A stretch of DNA of 64,000 bases from Octopus sinensis (Eukaryota). A program made the translations under genes and the position numbers. The DNA lies in assembly GCF_006345805.1 (NCBI RefSeq), contig NW_021833447.1:9591-73590 (forward strand), read 5' to 3'. The notes beneath the pieces were generated by a model. The model was not told where the DNA came from. It saw only the letters and a list, made by a program, of their open reading frames with translations, and searched no databases. How positions within the stretch are numbered: position 1 is the first letter of the stretch; each line of letters starts with the position of its first letter. Positions 1 through 14,342 of this stretch are shown here, piece after piece.

Positions 1-459
1 GTATGTATGCCACCATAAATAAAAACTTTTTATGAAAAGAAATGAACCTTCGACGCCTAACACCCGAAAAGAAAAGTATGAGCACAGAAACAAGGAGTAT
101 TTAAGATAAGTCTAATAAACGCACGCACACGCACACTCATACATACTTGCACATGATGCCACGGTTTGTCGTGATTTATACACACCCACAATGTACGTAC
201 TTACCTACCGGCTTCTACACCAACAACAGAGCAACACTAACAACAAAATAGGATGTCGCGCTATTTGATTAAGCATTTTTTTTTTCAAGAATTGTGAACG
301 CGCTGCTGGAAGAAAATTTTCCGTACTTTATCATCCACCACCCGGACCTCAATACTTTACTCCACTTATTTGATCCATATCCACTCCTACTACTACTCTT
401 ATTGTTAATGTTATCTTTTTCTGCCATGTTATGTTGTTATGCTGTAATTGTTTTAGTAA

Positions 460-925
460 CCGGGTTTCGGCCTTTTCACAGCAACGCCTTGACTTGAAAG
501 GTTTAGTCGAACAAATCGACCACAATATATATATATATATATATATTAGTCTGTTACTTATTCTATCGGCTCTTTTGCTGAACCGCTATGTTACATGAAT
601 GTAAAATAATCCAATGACGGTTGGATACACTCACATACATGTATTAATGTATGTGTGTGTATGTACGTACGTGTGTTTGTATGTATATACTTACATGTGT
701 ATGTACGTGTGTATGTATGATGTATGCATGTGTTATGTATGTATGTATGTATGTATGTATGCATGTGTATCTGTCACGGGCTTCCACACACTTTCCCCTA
801 ACCAAATTCTCTCACAGGGCATTTATCAGTTCGAGATTTTAGCAGAATAGTAGAAGACACGTGTCTCTGGTGTCACGCAATGGGACTGAACTCGAACCCA
901 CACAGACGAAAAGCAAGCTATTCAA
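460..925 (-). mobile_element. SINE family B (tRNA head + CORE-like segment), degenerate, with expanded internal microsatellite
   Basis: ttagtcgaacaaatcgacc...tattctatcggctcttttgctgaaccgcta (tail) and agtagaagacac...cacgcaatgggactgaac (head). Confidence 0.75.
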
Positions 926-1355
926 CCACACAGTCAGGCATACCCCATGTTATTCAAAGTATGTTATTAGAATCAGTTTGAAGACCATAACAACCACAAA
1001 AACGACTCGAGTTTTCAGAATTCAACACCTGGACACATTCTTCATATTTGTTGAAAGTTTCAAAATATGTGACGATGACTGCGGTTGATTCTTTCTTTTA
1101 AATAAATGCCAGCCACTTAGGAGAAGGGGGTGGGTGGAATGATGTTTATTCTGGTTTCGTTCTTGCAAGAGGGGCTTCAAGTATGTGACCGTCTCATAAT
1201 ATGCCACTCCCCCACTTCCAAGAAATTGCTTCTACCCTATCATAATTACAATATTTTTCAGCGTTCTACATACACCCCACTAAATTATATCCCATCTCAA
1301 AAGATACGTTTTTCAATGGTTGTGAAATAACATATTTTGCACTGCATGCCTCTCT

Positions 1356-1386
<31 letters not shown>

Positions 1387-1658
1387 ACATCTACCTATGT
1401 AAGCATGTATATATATGTACACACATGCATACATATATAGGTAGCTATTACATGTGCGTGTGTGCATAAGCACGAACCTATCTATGCATCTATCTTATAT
1501 ATATCTATCTATATATCTATCTGTTTCTCTATCCATTTATTTCATATATATATATATATATATATTTACAACAGACACCTGCCAATATATATATATATAT
1601 ATATGTTTTTCAGTTTATGTATATACAAAATGTATATTTGAATATGTGAGTATGTATG

Positions 1659-1703
<45 letters not shown>

Positions 1704-2460
1704 CCATTCAGCAATAAATAAATGCAAGAGCTGATATTTTGGGTGGGGAGTGGGTGTACCACACTGCCTTGTATTCCTTTTGCGACCTCAATAAATCACT
1801 AATATCACGTGTCATCACTTCTCGATCATCCAACTCGCGTTACGTAAGACAAAAGTATTACAATACCAACACAATATTAGGAAATGTAAAAACGAAGCCA
1901 GAGACACCGCATTATGATGTAATTACATTATGGGGGATACCGCATCCACCATCACCACCACCACCACCACCACCACCATCATCATCGTCACTATCATCAT
2001 GATCTTTGTTGTCGTTGTTCCTAACACCGGTTTAATAGACATTTTTTTCCCCTATTTACCATCTTACCCATTTCACAAACTTCCACCGTGTCAGAAGAAT
2101 GCACACTAAACTAATTCACCGCCACTACCACCACCACCGCCGTTACCTTCATGGATTAGCTTTTCTCCTCCTCTTCCTTCGCCCAATGAATTCAATTATC
2201 CCTCCATCTCTCTCTCTATTCCTTTCTCTCTTGTTTCATTATCTCTCACACTCTCTGTGTCTATCAACGCCCCTCTCTGTATGTCTGTGAGTGTGTGTGT
2301 ATGTATATATATATTATATATATATATATATAGATATAATATATATAATATATATGCCTATATGTGTAAGCATGCATATATAATATATATATATAATATA
2401 TAATATTATGTATATATATGTGTATATATATATATGTGTGTATATATATGTATATATGTG

Positions 2461-2492
<32 letters not shown>

Positions 2493-2635
2493 GTATATAA
2501 TGTGTATATAATATATATATATATATTATATATTATAAAATGCCTATATGTGTAAGCATGCATATATATATATACACACACACACATACAAATCCCTCCC
2601 ACTGTCACTTTATATATATATACGTATCTATATAT

Positions 2636-2680
<45 letters not shown>

Positions 2681-3259
2681 TCACCACTACCCTACATCTT
2701 TCTCCTCCTCTCTCTCCCCCCCTCTCCATCGATCCCTCCTACTGTGATTTCCTCTAGGCAGTCGATAACCAACTTCTTCCGATGTTGCGAACAGCGCAGT
2801 GTCTTCAGTTAACCATTTCGGAAGAGATTCTGAACAACTCAGACAACACACACACACACACACACACTGAATCACCTACCCACCCACCCCCATCTCAGAT
2901 GTGAAACCCCCCACTCCACCAATAGACTTCTCATTTCGAAAATTGGAATGAAGAAATAAAACAAAAAATACTAAAGAAAAAAAAAGTTAATTAAATAAAT
3001 ATAACATAAATATGAAAATAAAATAAAATGCTGTCTGTCTGTCCGTCCGTCTCATTCCCCCTCCTTTTTTCACACTCCTCACACACACACCCTCACCTGC
3101 CCTTCCCTCCCCCGTATCATTTATCTTTATACTTTATGTTAATATTTTTTTTCTTGGTAAATTTTCCTTTTAATAACAGCACAGTGTGTATGTATATGTT
3201 TGAAGAATATATATGTATAGTGTATGAATGTGCGGATATATATATATATATGTGTGTGT

Positions 3260-3293
<34 letters not shown>

Positions 3294-3625
3294 TTATATG
3301 TTCGTGTGTTTATATGAACATATCCAAGTACAATGCTGCATGTGTAATTGTGTAATGCTATCTACATGTGTGGGTATGTATATATATATATTATATATAT
3401 ATATAATACATTCATATATATATATATACATGTGTGTGTGTGTGTTTGTATATGCATGTATGCGCGTGTATGTGTTTACTCAGGAATGATATGCTTGTTC
3501 ATATGTATGGGAGTGTACAATATATATATATATATATATACACATACACACACACACACACATAGATATATAATAATATATTATATATATAATATATATA
3601 TATATATATTATATATAATGTATAG

Positions 3626-3691
<66 letters not shown>

Positions 3692-4221
3692 ATGTATATA
3701 TACGGACGTGTCTGTGTAGGGATTTTATAAGTATGAATATGACACCATTACCATTATATGCTAATTACGATTTATTTCGCTATAAATTTTTCAGGAAAAG
3801 AAAAAACTGTGAAAGTAAATAAAAAAATAAAAGCGAAAATATATAGGAAGACAGAAGAAAGCATAGATTTAAAACTGCTTCCATACAATCTACACACTCC
3901 TCCATCTTCGATACGTACACACGGATGCACAAACACACGCGCGCGCACGCACCTTTAGTCTCTTACCGGTTTGAGTGTGTGCGTTCATTTATAAATATCT
4001 GCATATGAACACATGTATCTATATCGTTCTAGCTGATACATATAAGTACATGTGCATTTATGTAGTCTGTGTGTGTGTGTGTGTGCGTGTGCATACATAC
4101 ATACTGTATATATATATATATATACACACACACATATATATATATATATACGTATGTATGTGTGTGTATATATATATATATGTATGTATAAATATAAATA
4201 CACATTCATATGCATGTATAA

Positions 4222-4255
<34 letters not shown>

Positions 4256-4595
4256 TCACATTAACACCTATATTTGTATATATATATATATACGCTCGCA
4301 CACAGAGATAGATATAGATAGTGAGAGAGAGGGAAAGAGAGAGATATAGGTAAATGTATATTTCTACGAGTTGGCTGTATTTGTAAAGTCGAACCTATAC
4401 TTATACACACACATACACACATACAAACAATTTTGTTGTTCACGTAAGTAAAAACTGAACAAGAGAACAATTCATTAAAGACAGGAAGTGACGTATGGAA
4501 TTGGTTGCTATATGTTGCTGTTATTGGTGTTTATGTGTGAAGATACACGTGTGTGCATGAAGGCATGTGTAGGTGTGTATGCATGTATGTTTGTA

Positions 4596-4629
<34 letters not shown>

Positions 4630-4974
4630 GTGAAGAAAAGTGGTGCATTCCCACGCAGGAAAGAATATAGGAAAGCTTACTTTGTTGGGTGAAAATGCAC
4701 CTGGGTATGAAAACGTATGGTCATTTTTTAATTTTATATCATAATTAATACCAAACCGGTTTCGAAAATTTTCTTTTTATGTGTGGTAAATAAAAAAAAA
4801 TAAACGTTTTAGAGGAAGTTAAAGCTACAAGGAAGAGTTCGGAAAAAGTAGAGCCTGCTTAAAAGATCTAAATATTCATATTAATTCCAATATTCAAGAA
4901 GTTTCACAGAGATAAACAGTAATATAGGTTCAAATGCTCGATGACTTTCATAACAGTCATACATGATTGAAAAG

Positions 4975-5140
4975 TGAGCTTGACAACCGGTGTTGGTGTG
5001 TTTACGTCCCCGTAACTTAGCGGTTGAGCACGAGTTGACAATATATACCAGGCTTAAAAAAGTACTGGGGGTCGGTTCGTTCAACTAAAATTTGTCAAGG
5101 AAGAGCACAAGCGTGGTCGTAGTCTAACGATTGAACCAAA
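4975..5140 (+). mobile_element. SINE family B 3' half
   Basis: gcttgacaaccggtgttggtgtgtttacgtccccgtaacttagcggtt...gggggtcggttcgttcaactaaaa. Confidence 0.8.
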
Positions 5141-5606
5141 AGATACATGATGCACACACACACACACACACACACACCAGTGTAACCCTTAATTTACAAC
5201 ACACAGATGTCTTGTTTGAAAACTTAGTTACAACATGCAGGGCTCACTGGAGCAATTTATGAAGACAAATCTATCCTTTTTATATAAAGTTTCTTTCTGT
5301 AAAAAAAAAAACTGTTTATTATGAAGCCTCAAAACTCTTTCGTCGTACTTTTTTGTACACAAGAGAGCCGATAGCATTGTGTCAGCAAAAATATTGAAGC
5401 CGTACATTAAATTTTTGAGGGGCACTTCATAGGAAACTATACAGAAATAAATGAAAAATAAATAACGGTTGTCACGTGCTCTTAAGTGGATAAAAAGTTT
5501 TCCGGACTAAGTAAATAAATATTTAATAAAAAAAAAAAATCATATAAAAAATATTTTTATCATTATTATTATTGGCATCATTAATATTGTTATTGTTGCT
5601 ATTTTT

Positions 5607-5952
5607 TATATATATATATATATACATACATATACACACAAACACATGTATATATACATATACACACACACATATATACACACACATATATACATACACA
5701 CACACACATATATACATACACACACACACACATATATACATACACACACACACACATATACATACACACACACACACATATACATACACACACACACACA
5801 TATACATACACACACACACACACATACACACACACACACATACACACACACACACACATATACATACACACACACACACACATATACATACACACACACA
5901 CACATACATACACACACACACACACATACATACACACACACACATATATATA

Positions 5953-5998
<46 letters not shown>

Positions 5999-6070
5999 TA
6001 TATATACACATATACATATATACACATATACACACATATATATACACATATACATATATACACACACATA
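5607..6070. repeat. Compound (CA)n/(TA)n microsatellite with ~20-bp higher-order unit
   Basis: tacatacacacacacacacata reiterated; source of the spurious HT/CV/YI ORFs. Confidence 0.95.
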
Positions 6071-7438
6071 ATCTGTATGCATGTGCTTATGTGTGTTGTT
6101 TCCGTAGCCATTTACAGCCATCTTAAGAAGTGTCATTTTCTCCTTCCCTTATTTCCTACCACCTCTGCATCACCGCTCTTACTTCGCTTCTTACTCTCCC
6201 GTTCACAAAACTCTCCTTCTCCGTCACACACACACACTCACACCTAGGAACGTATCACGGTCCTCCACCCCTAATTGATATGCACCACTTTTCGCAAAAA
6301 GTGAATAAAGATATCCCTAATCAATATTTTGTGGTATGAATCCTGGCTACAACAACAACAACAACAACAAATATAATGTTTTAAAAAATAAACAATAATG
6401 GCACAGCAAAAAATCTTCATGAAATTACACACACATACACACACCTACACACTCGTATATCATACAAAAAACAAGCATGGATATAAGTGGATGTATATAA
6501 AATGAAATGCATAGAGTAAAATAGATACCTATTTTAATATTATCGTTCTTGCTGTTATTGTTGTCATCAAATTACTATTATTCTAACGATGAATCATTAT
6601 TCTTATTATTATTATATAACATTCACGTTCATTATTATTATTATTATTTGTACATAACACTCATGATCATTACTATTATTTGTATATAACATTATTATTA
6701 TTATTATTAATATTACAATTACTATTATTATGATTATTATTATTATTATTATTTGTATATAACATTCAGGCTCATTATTATTATTGTTACAATTACAATT
6801 ATTGTTATTATTATTATTTTTTTAAGTGTTTCAAGCAAGAGACAGCAGATGAGTGCCATTTGGTGCACTACTACTACAGAGCAACGATGTGTCAGAACGA
6901 TTCTCGTAGATTTAATTCGAATACTTCAAACCCATCTCAAAGGGGAAGAAGCACAGAGAAGGCAAAAAATTATTTTCTTAATTGAAACCAAAAAAAAAAA
7001 AAAAAAAAATACAACTAATGTTGATGTGTATATAACAGAAACAGTGGTGGTGTAGATTTGTGCTACCATCATTTTTACAGTTTAAGAAAATTGTCAATCA
7101 TAATGTATTGTAATGTCACCGAAAACTGCGTCTTTGATTACGATTGTGTTGCACAAGCGCAAAAATGGACGCACAATTGTGTTCGCTTTGCAAGTACGTC
7201 GTGTCCGGTTTTGACTCACTCATCGGCACCCTGGGCAAGGCTCTTTTATATTTGTCTCAGAACAGACCAATCTCGCAAAGAATGAATTTGTTACACAAAA
7301 ACTGTACGATGCACCTCACCACTGAGCATGTGTGTGTCTGCACACACACACACACATACACACAATGTCGCTGTATGTATATAATATACATGTATATACA
7401 TACTCATATATTTATGTATTAAATATATAAATAGACAA

Positions 7439-7469
<31 letters not shown>

Positions 7470-7495
7470 TATATACATATATACATATAACATAT

Positions 7496-7554
<59 letters not shown>

Positions 7555-7668
7555 CATAGCTATATATATATTATATGTGAATATGCAGATATATATACAT
7601 ATATGGATATGTAAAATTGTTCTTATAGTAGAAAGGATTTTTATTATTATTATTAATGTTATTATTGA

Positions 7669-7882
7669 AAGGCGGCGAACTGGCAGAATACTTAGCACCC
7701 TGAACAAAATGCTTAGCACCATCTCATCTGTCTTTATGTTCTGAGTTCAAACTTCGCCGGGGTCGACATTGCATTTCATCCTACCGAAGTCGATAAAATA
7801 AGTACCAGTTGAGTACTGAGAGTCGGTGGAATCGACTTACCCCCTTACCAGAGCTTGCTTTATGCCGAAATTTGAAACCATT
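7669..7882 (+). mobile_element. tRNA-derived SINE family A
   Basis: Head ggcggcgaactggcagaatacttagca, B-box gagttcaaac, core gcatttcatcctaccgaagtcgataaaataagtaccag, tail aaatttgaaaccatt; follows an (ATT)n tract. Confidence 0.88.
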
Positions 7883-8064
7883 ATCATCATCATCCTGCTC
7901 TTCGTAGAGAATCGAGCAAAATGACTGTAATTTTGTGAAGTCCTATGCGTTCAGATTCGGGTCGTGTTTCTCTGGGTGGAGGGATTGATAAACTTATAGC
8001 TTGTTTTAAATATCGTTACACAGTCTTGAACTTATGTTAGGCGTTATTATGCGGCTTAAATACA

Positions 8065-8272
8065 TGGTAATGGCTGATCAGATCAAAATGGCGATGAGAG
8101 GAATTTAAAACTTAGAAAATGGCGGTGGCCAACAGAACCATGGTGGAAACTAATAAAATCAGTAGGGCAGAATTAACAATCAATATGGCGAAAGACAGCT
8201 GACAAAAGAATATAACGGAGGCTGATAATATCAATATGGTGGCGGTGGGAGGAGAGGAACAATATGGCGCTG
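8065..8272 (+). promoter_or_regulatory. Homotypic array of YY1/Pho-like AANATGGCG motifs
   Basis: Exact AANATGGCG at 8085, 8116, 8182 and 8261, with degenerate copies at ~8137, 8209 and 8233, all on the same strand. Confidence 0.4.
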
Positions 8273-8519
8273 GACAAAAAGCTTGGCAGTATTTAGTTAC
8301 GAGCCGTGCTGCCGTTCGGAGTTCCACACCCATTACTGTTAATTTGGCTTTAAATATTTCCGGTCGTTAACAAAACAAATAATTACCATCCACCAAAGTT
8401 AGAAAATATTGTTAAGTTAGATGAGGAGGTGGCGAGAGAGGTGGTGAGAGAGGTGTTAATCGGATGAACAGAACAATAAACTGATATGATTAAAGATACT
8501 TTTTTTTGCAAGAATCAAA

Positions 8520-8925
8520 GTGAGACATTTATAAATAAAATCCAGGTTGCGTTTGTCTCTCATCCTTCAGTGGCCGTTTGCGCATGTTTGAAAAACTATT
8601 ATTCTGGTTGTTAAATTATGAATTCAATTCCCAACGAGGTCAACCTAGCTTTTCAGCTCTTCAGTGTAGATTAAAATAAAATACCAGTCAAGTGCTGGGG
8701 CTTATGCCCTTCAAAACTGCTGGCTTTGTACCTAAAGGTACCATTATTATTATTATTATTATTATTAAAAGCGACGAGCTGGCAAAATCGTTAGCACGCT
8801 GAACGAAATGCCTTGCAGTATTTCTGCCGCTTGCTACGTCGAGGCTGCCTTTGCCTTTCATCCTTTCGGGGAATCGATTGGTCCCCTTGCTTAAAATTTC
8901 AGGCCTTGTGTCTATAGTAGAAAGG

Positions 8926-8957
<32 letters not shown>

Positions 8958-9165
8958 GACGGTGAACTGGCAAAATCGTAAGCCCGCCGGGCAAAATCCT
9001 TAGTGGTATTTCGTCTGTCTTAAGGTTCTGGGTTCGAATGCCGATGAGGCCAGGTTTGCATTTAGTCCTTTCAGGGTCCACAAAATAAGTACCAGTTGAA
9101 CACTGTGGAGTCAATTACATCGACTTACTCCCGAAATTGCTGGCCGTGTGCCAAAGTCTCAAACG

Positions 9166-9170
<5 letters not shown>
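8520..9170 (+). mobile_element. Three tandem family-A SINE copies (~8520-8745, 8768-8930, 8957-9167) separated by (ATT)n
   Basis: Repeated head gcgacgagctggcaaaatcgttagca / gacggtgaactggcaaaatcg and core tttcatcctttcgggg...aagtaccag; each copy ends in (ATT)n. Confidence 0.85.
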
Positions 9171-9198
<28 letters not shown>

Positions 9199-9500
9199 AT
9201 TATTATTATTATTATTACCATTATCATTATTATTATTATTATCATTATTATTATAATTGACAGCGCCAGCAGTAATGGCTGTAGCAGTTGTAGGGAATAA
9301 CACGATATCAATATATAAATTGATGATAGCTCTTCATCAGCGCTGAGTATTAATGCAACGTTTAAAATACATACGCAAATACTAAAAAAATCAACGCAAA
9401 AGCGTAATGACACATCAAGATAACGTGTGAATAAAACATATACTCTGTATGTGTATATGCATTGATATAGCATAAAAAACCCATAAAAACACACATGTGA

Positions 9501-9536
<36 letters not shown>

Positions 9537-10120
9537 CACTCACTCACGAACGCGCATATTCAGACACCATTTAAAATTCCCTACAGATATTGGTACCGCA
9601 AATGCGAAACCACCTCTTTTCAACACAGCACTTCCCACCACCGCTACCATTTCCATGACACTTATCACTATCATCACCCTCATTACCATCAGCACCCTAT
9701 CCCCCTACCCCCACCACCACTACCCCACAACACCGCCGTCGCTCTACCATCTCTACATTGCTTCACATCCCCCACAGCAGCACTCACCGCCAAGATAATT
9801 AACTGTACCTAATGACAGTTTGTGTACATTTTCACAATGTTTGTACACAACAGCAGAGACACGTGTGGAAATGAGAGAAAGAAGAGAAAGGGAGAGAGAG
9901 AGAGGGAGAGAGAGAGAGGGAGAGAGAGAGAGGGAGAGAGAAATCTAATACAGTTTTCGGTCGGATGTTCTTTATTGTTATTGCCATACTTTATATGTTC
10001 TTTTCTTTTTATTTTATTTTACTTATCATTCATAATTAATTTAGCAACTGTTTATAATAATTATTAAATATTATCACTTTAACTATTCTTATAAAGAAAG
10101 CATTATTATTATTTTTATTA

Positions 10121-10161
<41 letters not shown>

Positions 10162-11393
10162 GTTGCTGTTGTTGTTTTTACTATCATTGCTTTTGTTGTT
10201 GTTGTTGTGATCTGAGATGGTGATAATGCTGATGTCAGTGACTGTTATGGAGTGTTGTTCTTGTCGATAATGTTCATTAAACAGACAAAAATTCTGTTTA
10301 CAAACCACTTTGCTAACACCCATCATTTATACACACACACACACACAAACATATATACGCAAGTACATACAGATAACACAAAGGAAAAAAGGATTTCAAA
10401 ATTAGCGCAGATACTTTAGGAGCACTCTCTTGTCATCCGAACTTGGATGCCTATATCGACCAATAGGAAACTAAAGTGTTATGCTCGCTTAAAACTTTGG
10501 ATCTACACAGTACTATAAACCAATGAAGAAGAATCGATTAGTTGCACAGAAACGTCGCATCAAAGGAAACACGTGTCGGCATCTTAAATTTTATAACAAT
10601 TAGCTAAAGACGTATTATTCTCTGTCCTTCATTTTGTCCTCACACACACACACGTATCATAGATGCTCTGGGCTGCAATATTTTATGTTCTTAAGAGGTT
10701 TCGGTATTTTAACATCAGGCAGTTCTCCTACCCAGTTGTTCATGTCCCAGGTTGTTCAAGTCCTAGTTGAACCATTCGTTGTAGCCATAAAATGGCGGTA
10801 AGAGCTTCGTGGAGCGAATACCTCGGAAGATACGCGTATATAAATATATATAGAGAAACACACACAAATGTATGTAACAAGACAGGTACTCAGGAAGAAA
10901 TATTCGCCATTAATTTTAGCGGGGTGTTCTTCAAAGTGTTCAATAGATGTTCTTATAAGTTATGAATTAAGGCTGCGATATAACGGGGGGAGAGAGTGAT
11001 CCTATTACACAATAGAAGGGGAATACATATTCCCTCCTAGAACTTATATATTACATAAAATGGTGTAAAATTATTGTACATATACACATACTTGCATGTA
11101 TAAATATTCAATTATACAAGTTTCTACACACACGAATGGCCTGGACGTATATCATAAATTATGAGGTGCAACACATCTCTGCAATTTCTCCCCACACACA
11201 CGAACCTCCCCAGTCTTTCCCACATTCATGAATGTATGACCACTACATGCATATGCATGGACACATTCACGTATACATGTGCACAGATATACATAGACAA
11301 TACAATTCCAAGGCTCAAGTGAGAAGAGACAGTGTACAGATGTGTGTGCGAGTATGAACGAATCTGCTATGTGTTCGTGTGTGTAGAAACATG

Positions 11394-11428
<35 letters not shown>

Positions 11429-11613
11429 ATGCTTTTATGTATGTGTATGTATGCGGGTGTGTTTATACATATATACATGCACACATATATATATATATAT
11501 ATATACATGTATATGTGTACGTATGTATATATATATATATATATATATGTACAAATACACACATACATATACACATGTGTGTATATATATATATATATAC
11601 ATGCGTGTGTGAG

Positions 11614-11670
<57 letters not shown>

Positions 11671-12254
11671 TAAGACATGGAGCTACACTCCAACTACGTC
11701 TCTCCCCCACCGCTCTTTCCCCTTAGCCTCACCCCCAAAACGGCTGTTCTCAAGAACCCTATAGACTTCGTTGATGGAATCGCAGCAAATGATAAACTCT
11801 CACGTTATCTTATAATCATATCTGTTGTAGTTTATTATTATCATTATTATTATTATTATTATTATCATTATTATTATTATCATTATTATTATTATTCCTC
11901 TCACACCCTCCTTCAACTTTCAGTTCGTTCACTTCACATACCCTACCATTCTCGCCCCCACCCCACACATCAATAACCTGGCCCTTCCCTTTCGCACCCC
12001 ACACTCGTCTTCTGTACATTTCTAGAGAGGTCTTCCACAAGAAATATATTTTAATAGTTTGGAGAAGAAATAGGCAACCTGCATCCACACACACACACAC
12101 ACAAACGGGTATAGCGTTCATAATACCGCTTTCCCTTCCAACTATACACAATTATACATGGACATAAATATACAGAAATGCAATACATATCTATATACAT
12201 TCATATACACAGAGGTATGTATGTGTCTGTCTGTCTCTCTGTCTTTCTGGATAT

Positions 12255-12413
12255 AGACGCGGCTACGTGGTAAGAAATGTGCTTGCCAACCACATGACTC
12301 CGGGTTCAGTTCCATTGCGTGGCACCTTGAGCAAGTGTCTTCTTCTATAGCCTCGAGCCGACCAAAGCCTTATGAGTTGATTTGGCAGATGGGAACTGAA
12401 AGAAACCCATCGG

Positions 12414-12459
<46 letters not shown>

Positions 12460-12681
12460 TCTGTGCGTCTTTGTGTCTATGTTTTCCTCCGCCATCGCTT
12501 GACAACCGATGTTGGTGTATTAATGTCCTCGTAACTTTGCGGTCGGACGACGAAGACCGATAGAATAAGTACTAGGCTTACAAAAAATAAGTCCTGGGGT
12601 CGATTTCTACGACTAAAACCCTTCAAGGTGGTTCTCTAGCATGGCGCAGTCAAATGACTGAAACGAATAAAAGAATAAAAA

Positions 12682-12685
<4 letters not shown>
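12255..12685 (+). mobile_element. SINE family B, full length
   Basis: A-box-like ggctacgtggtaag, B-box ggttcagttcc, CORE-like gcaccttgagcaagtgtctt, internal (TA)n, tail cagtcaaatgactgaaacgaataaaaga. Confidence 0.92.
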
Positions 12686-12722
<37 letters not shown>

Positions 12723-12729
12723 TATGTGT

Positions 12730-13062
12730 GTGTAATCATCACCAAAAAGGGACCGTTTTCCATGGTTTAGACGATTTCACAGGAACTAGTAAATCGGAGA
12801 ACTGCACTAGGTTCCAGTTTGGTATGACATGGTTTCTACGGCTGGATGCCCTTTCTAACGCCAACCACTCCACAGACATACAAACAAACACACACATATA
12901 TATACGACAGGCTTCTTTCAGTTTCCGTTTACTAAATTCACTTACAAGGCTTTGGTGGGCCCGAGGCTAAAGTAGAAGACACTTGCCCAAGGTGCCATGC
13001 AGTGGGACTGAACCCAGAACTATGTGATCGGTAAACAAGCTACTTATCACACATCCACTCCT
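12730..13062 (-). mobile_element. SINE family B head (12870-13062) abutting a different SINE tail (12730-12870)
   Basis: ggcttctttcagtttccg...agaagacacttgcccaaggtgccatgcagtgggactgaaccc. The adjacent tttctacggctggatgccctttctaacgccaacc is related to 33418-33590. Confidence 0.85.
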
Positions 13063-13112
13063 GTATATATATATATATATAGGTAGATAGATAGATAGAT
13101 AGATAGAAATAG

Positions 13113-13145
<33 letters not shown>

Positions 13146-13666
13146 AGAGAGACAAGCAGACATATATCTATAAGCACACACATATGGGACTGTAAACTTT
13201 GACATCTCACAGTTTTATTTGTCACACATGCAAACATCAGTGTAGCAAGATATATCTTTTATAAATCATATTCGCAAACCACCAAAGGTACGTACGCCTA
13301 GTATATGTATGTACGAAATATCTTTCAGGTAACAGTTATAGGTATATTAACGCAATATAATTCACTAATTCGTTATACTAGCACTAACTGTTTAATTTAT
13401 ATAAATTCATATTTATACAGGTCTGTACGCAACCGCCAAGTGAATGTGAAATTCTAGACAGTACTCAATATCTAGAGATAGCGCTGATCCAGATTTGTGT
13501 ACATTATATGCACACAAGTTATCATGGAACACATAGTTATCATGGAAACCGTACTATGTATACGATATGAGAGATATATCCACATGTGACACAAACATTT
13601 ATATATTAGTATAACATAGCACTGTATGTGTACGAGTGTGTGTATTTATATGTATCTACATACATA

Positions 13667-13700
<34 letters not shown>

Positions 13701-13710
13701 CCTACATACC

Positions 13711-13749
<39 letters not shown>

Positions 13750-14342
13750 GTACACACAAACACACACATACATAAAATGTTCCATTATGTTTTTGTATTT
13801 GTATTGATATATATTTATGTGCTCATACACGCACGCACACAGACATTCATTACTAATCTGGTTAGATACCAACAAAAGCAAACACCCTCCCCTCCCTGAA
13901 AAAATATATATGAAAAACAAAAGCTCATATGTCCCAAGCTCTAACAAAGATATCATCTACACTCCCTGTCAACCCCAGCGTTTTCTACTGAAAATGAAAA
14001 AAACAAAAAACAGAGTAATAATAATAATAATGATAAAACTGCAAAATGGAAGCGAGAAGTGGGCAACATCAGAAGTCAATTTCCTTTGCCATTTATTAAG
14101 TCAGATAATTATAATGGCATTAGACAGGATCCGCCGGTTTGGTAATGGGCAGACATTAGAACAAGCTTTACTGTTGACAAATATATCGATAAACAACAGT
14201 CCAGCTCTTGTCACTTAGTTACTCTACTTTGAGGCGATGGATGTAGGAGGAGGAAATTGGAAAAAAAAGAAAAAAAAACAAGCTTCACTATTCAGCTTTC
14301 TCGTTCTCTGCCTCCTCCTACTTATATATACACCCAGAACCA

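Noticed and set aside
12255-12330. tRNA-like A/B boxes in SINE heads (also 23866-23955)
   Set aside because: No complete cloverleaf; they continue directly into SINE bodies, so they are not tRNA genes.
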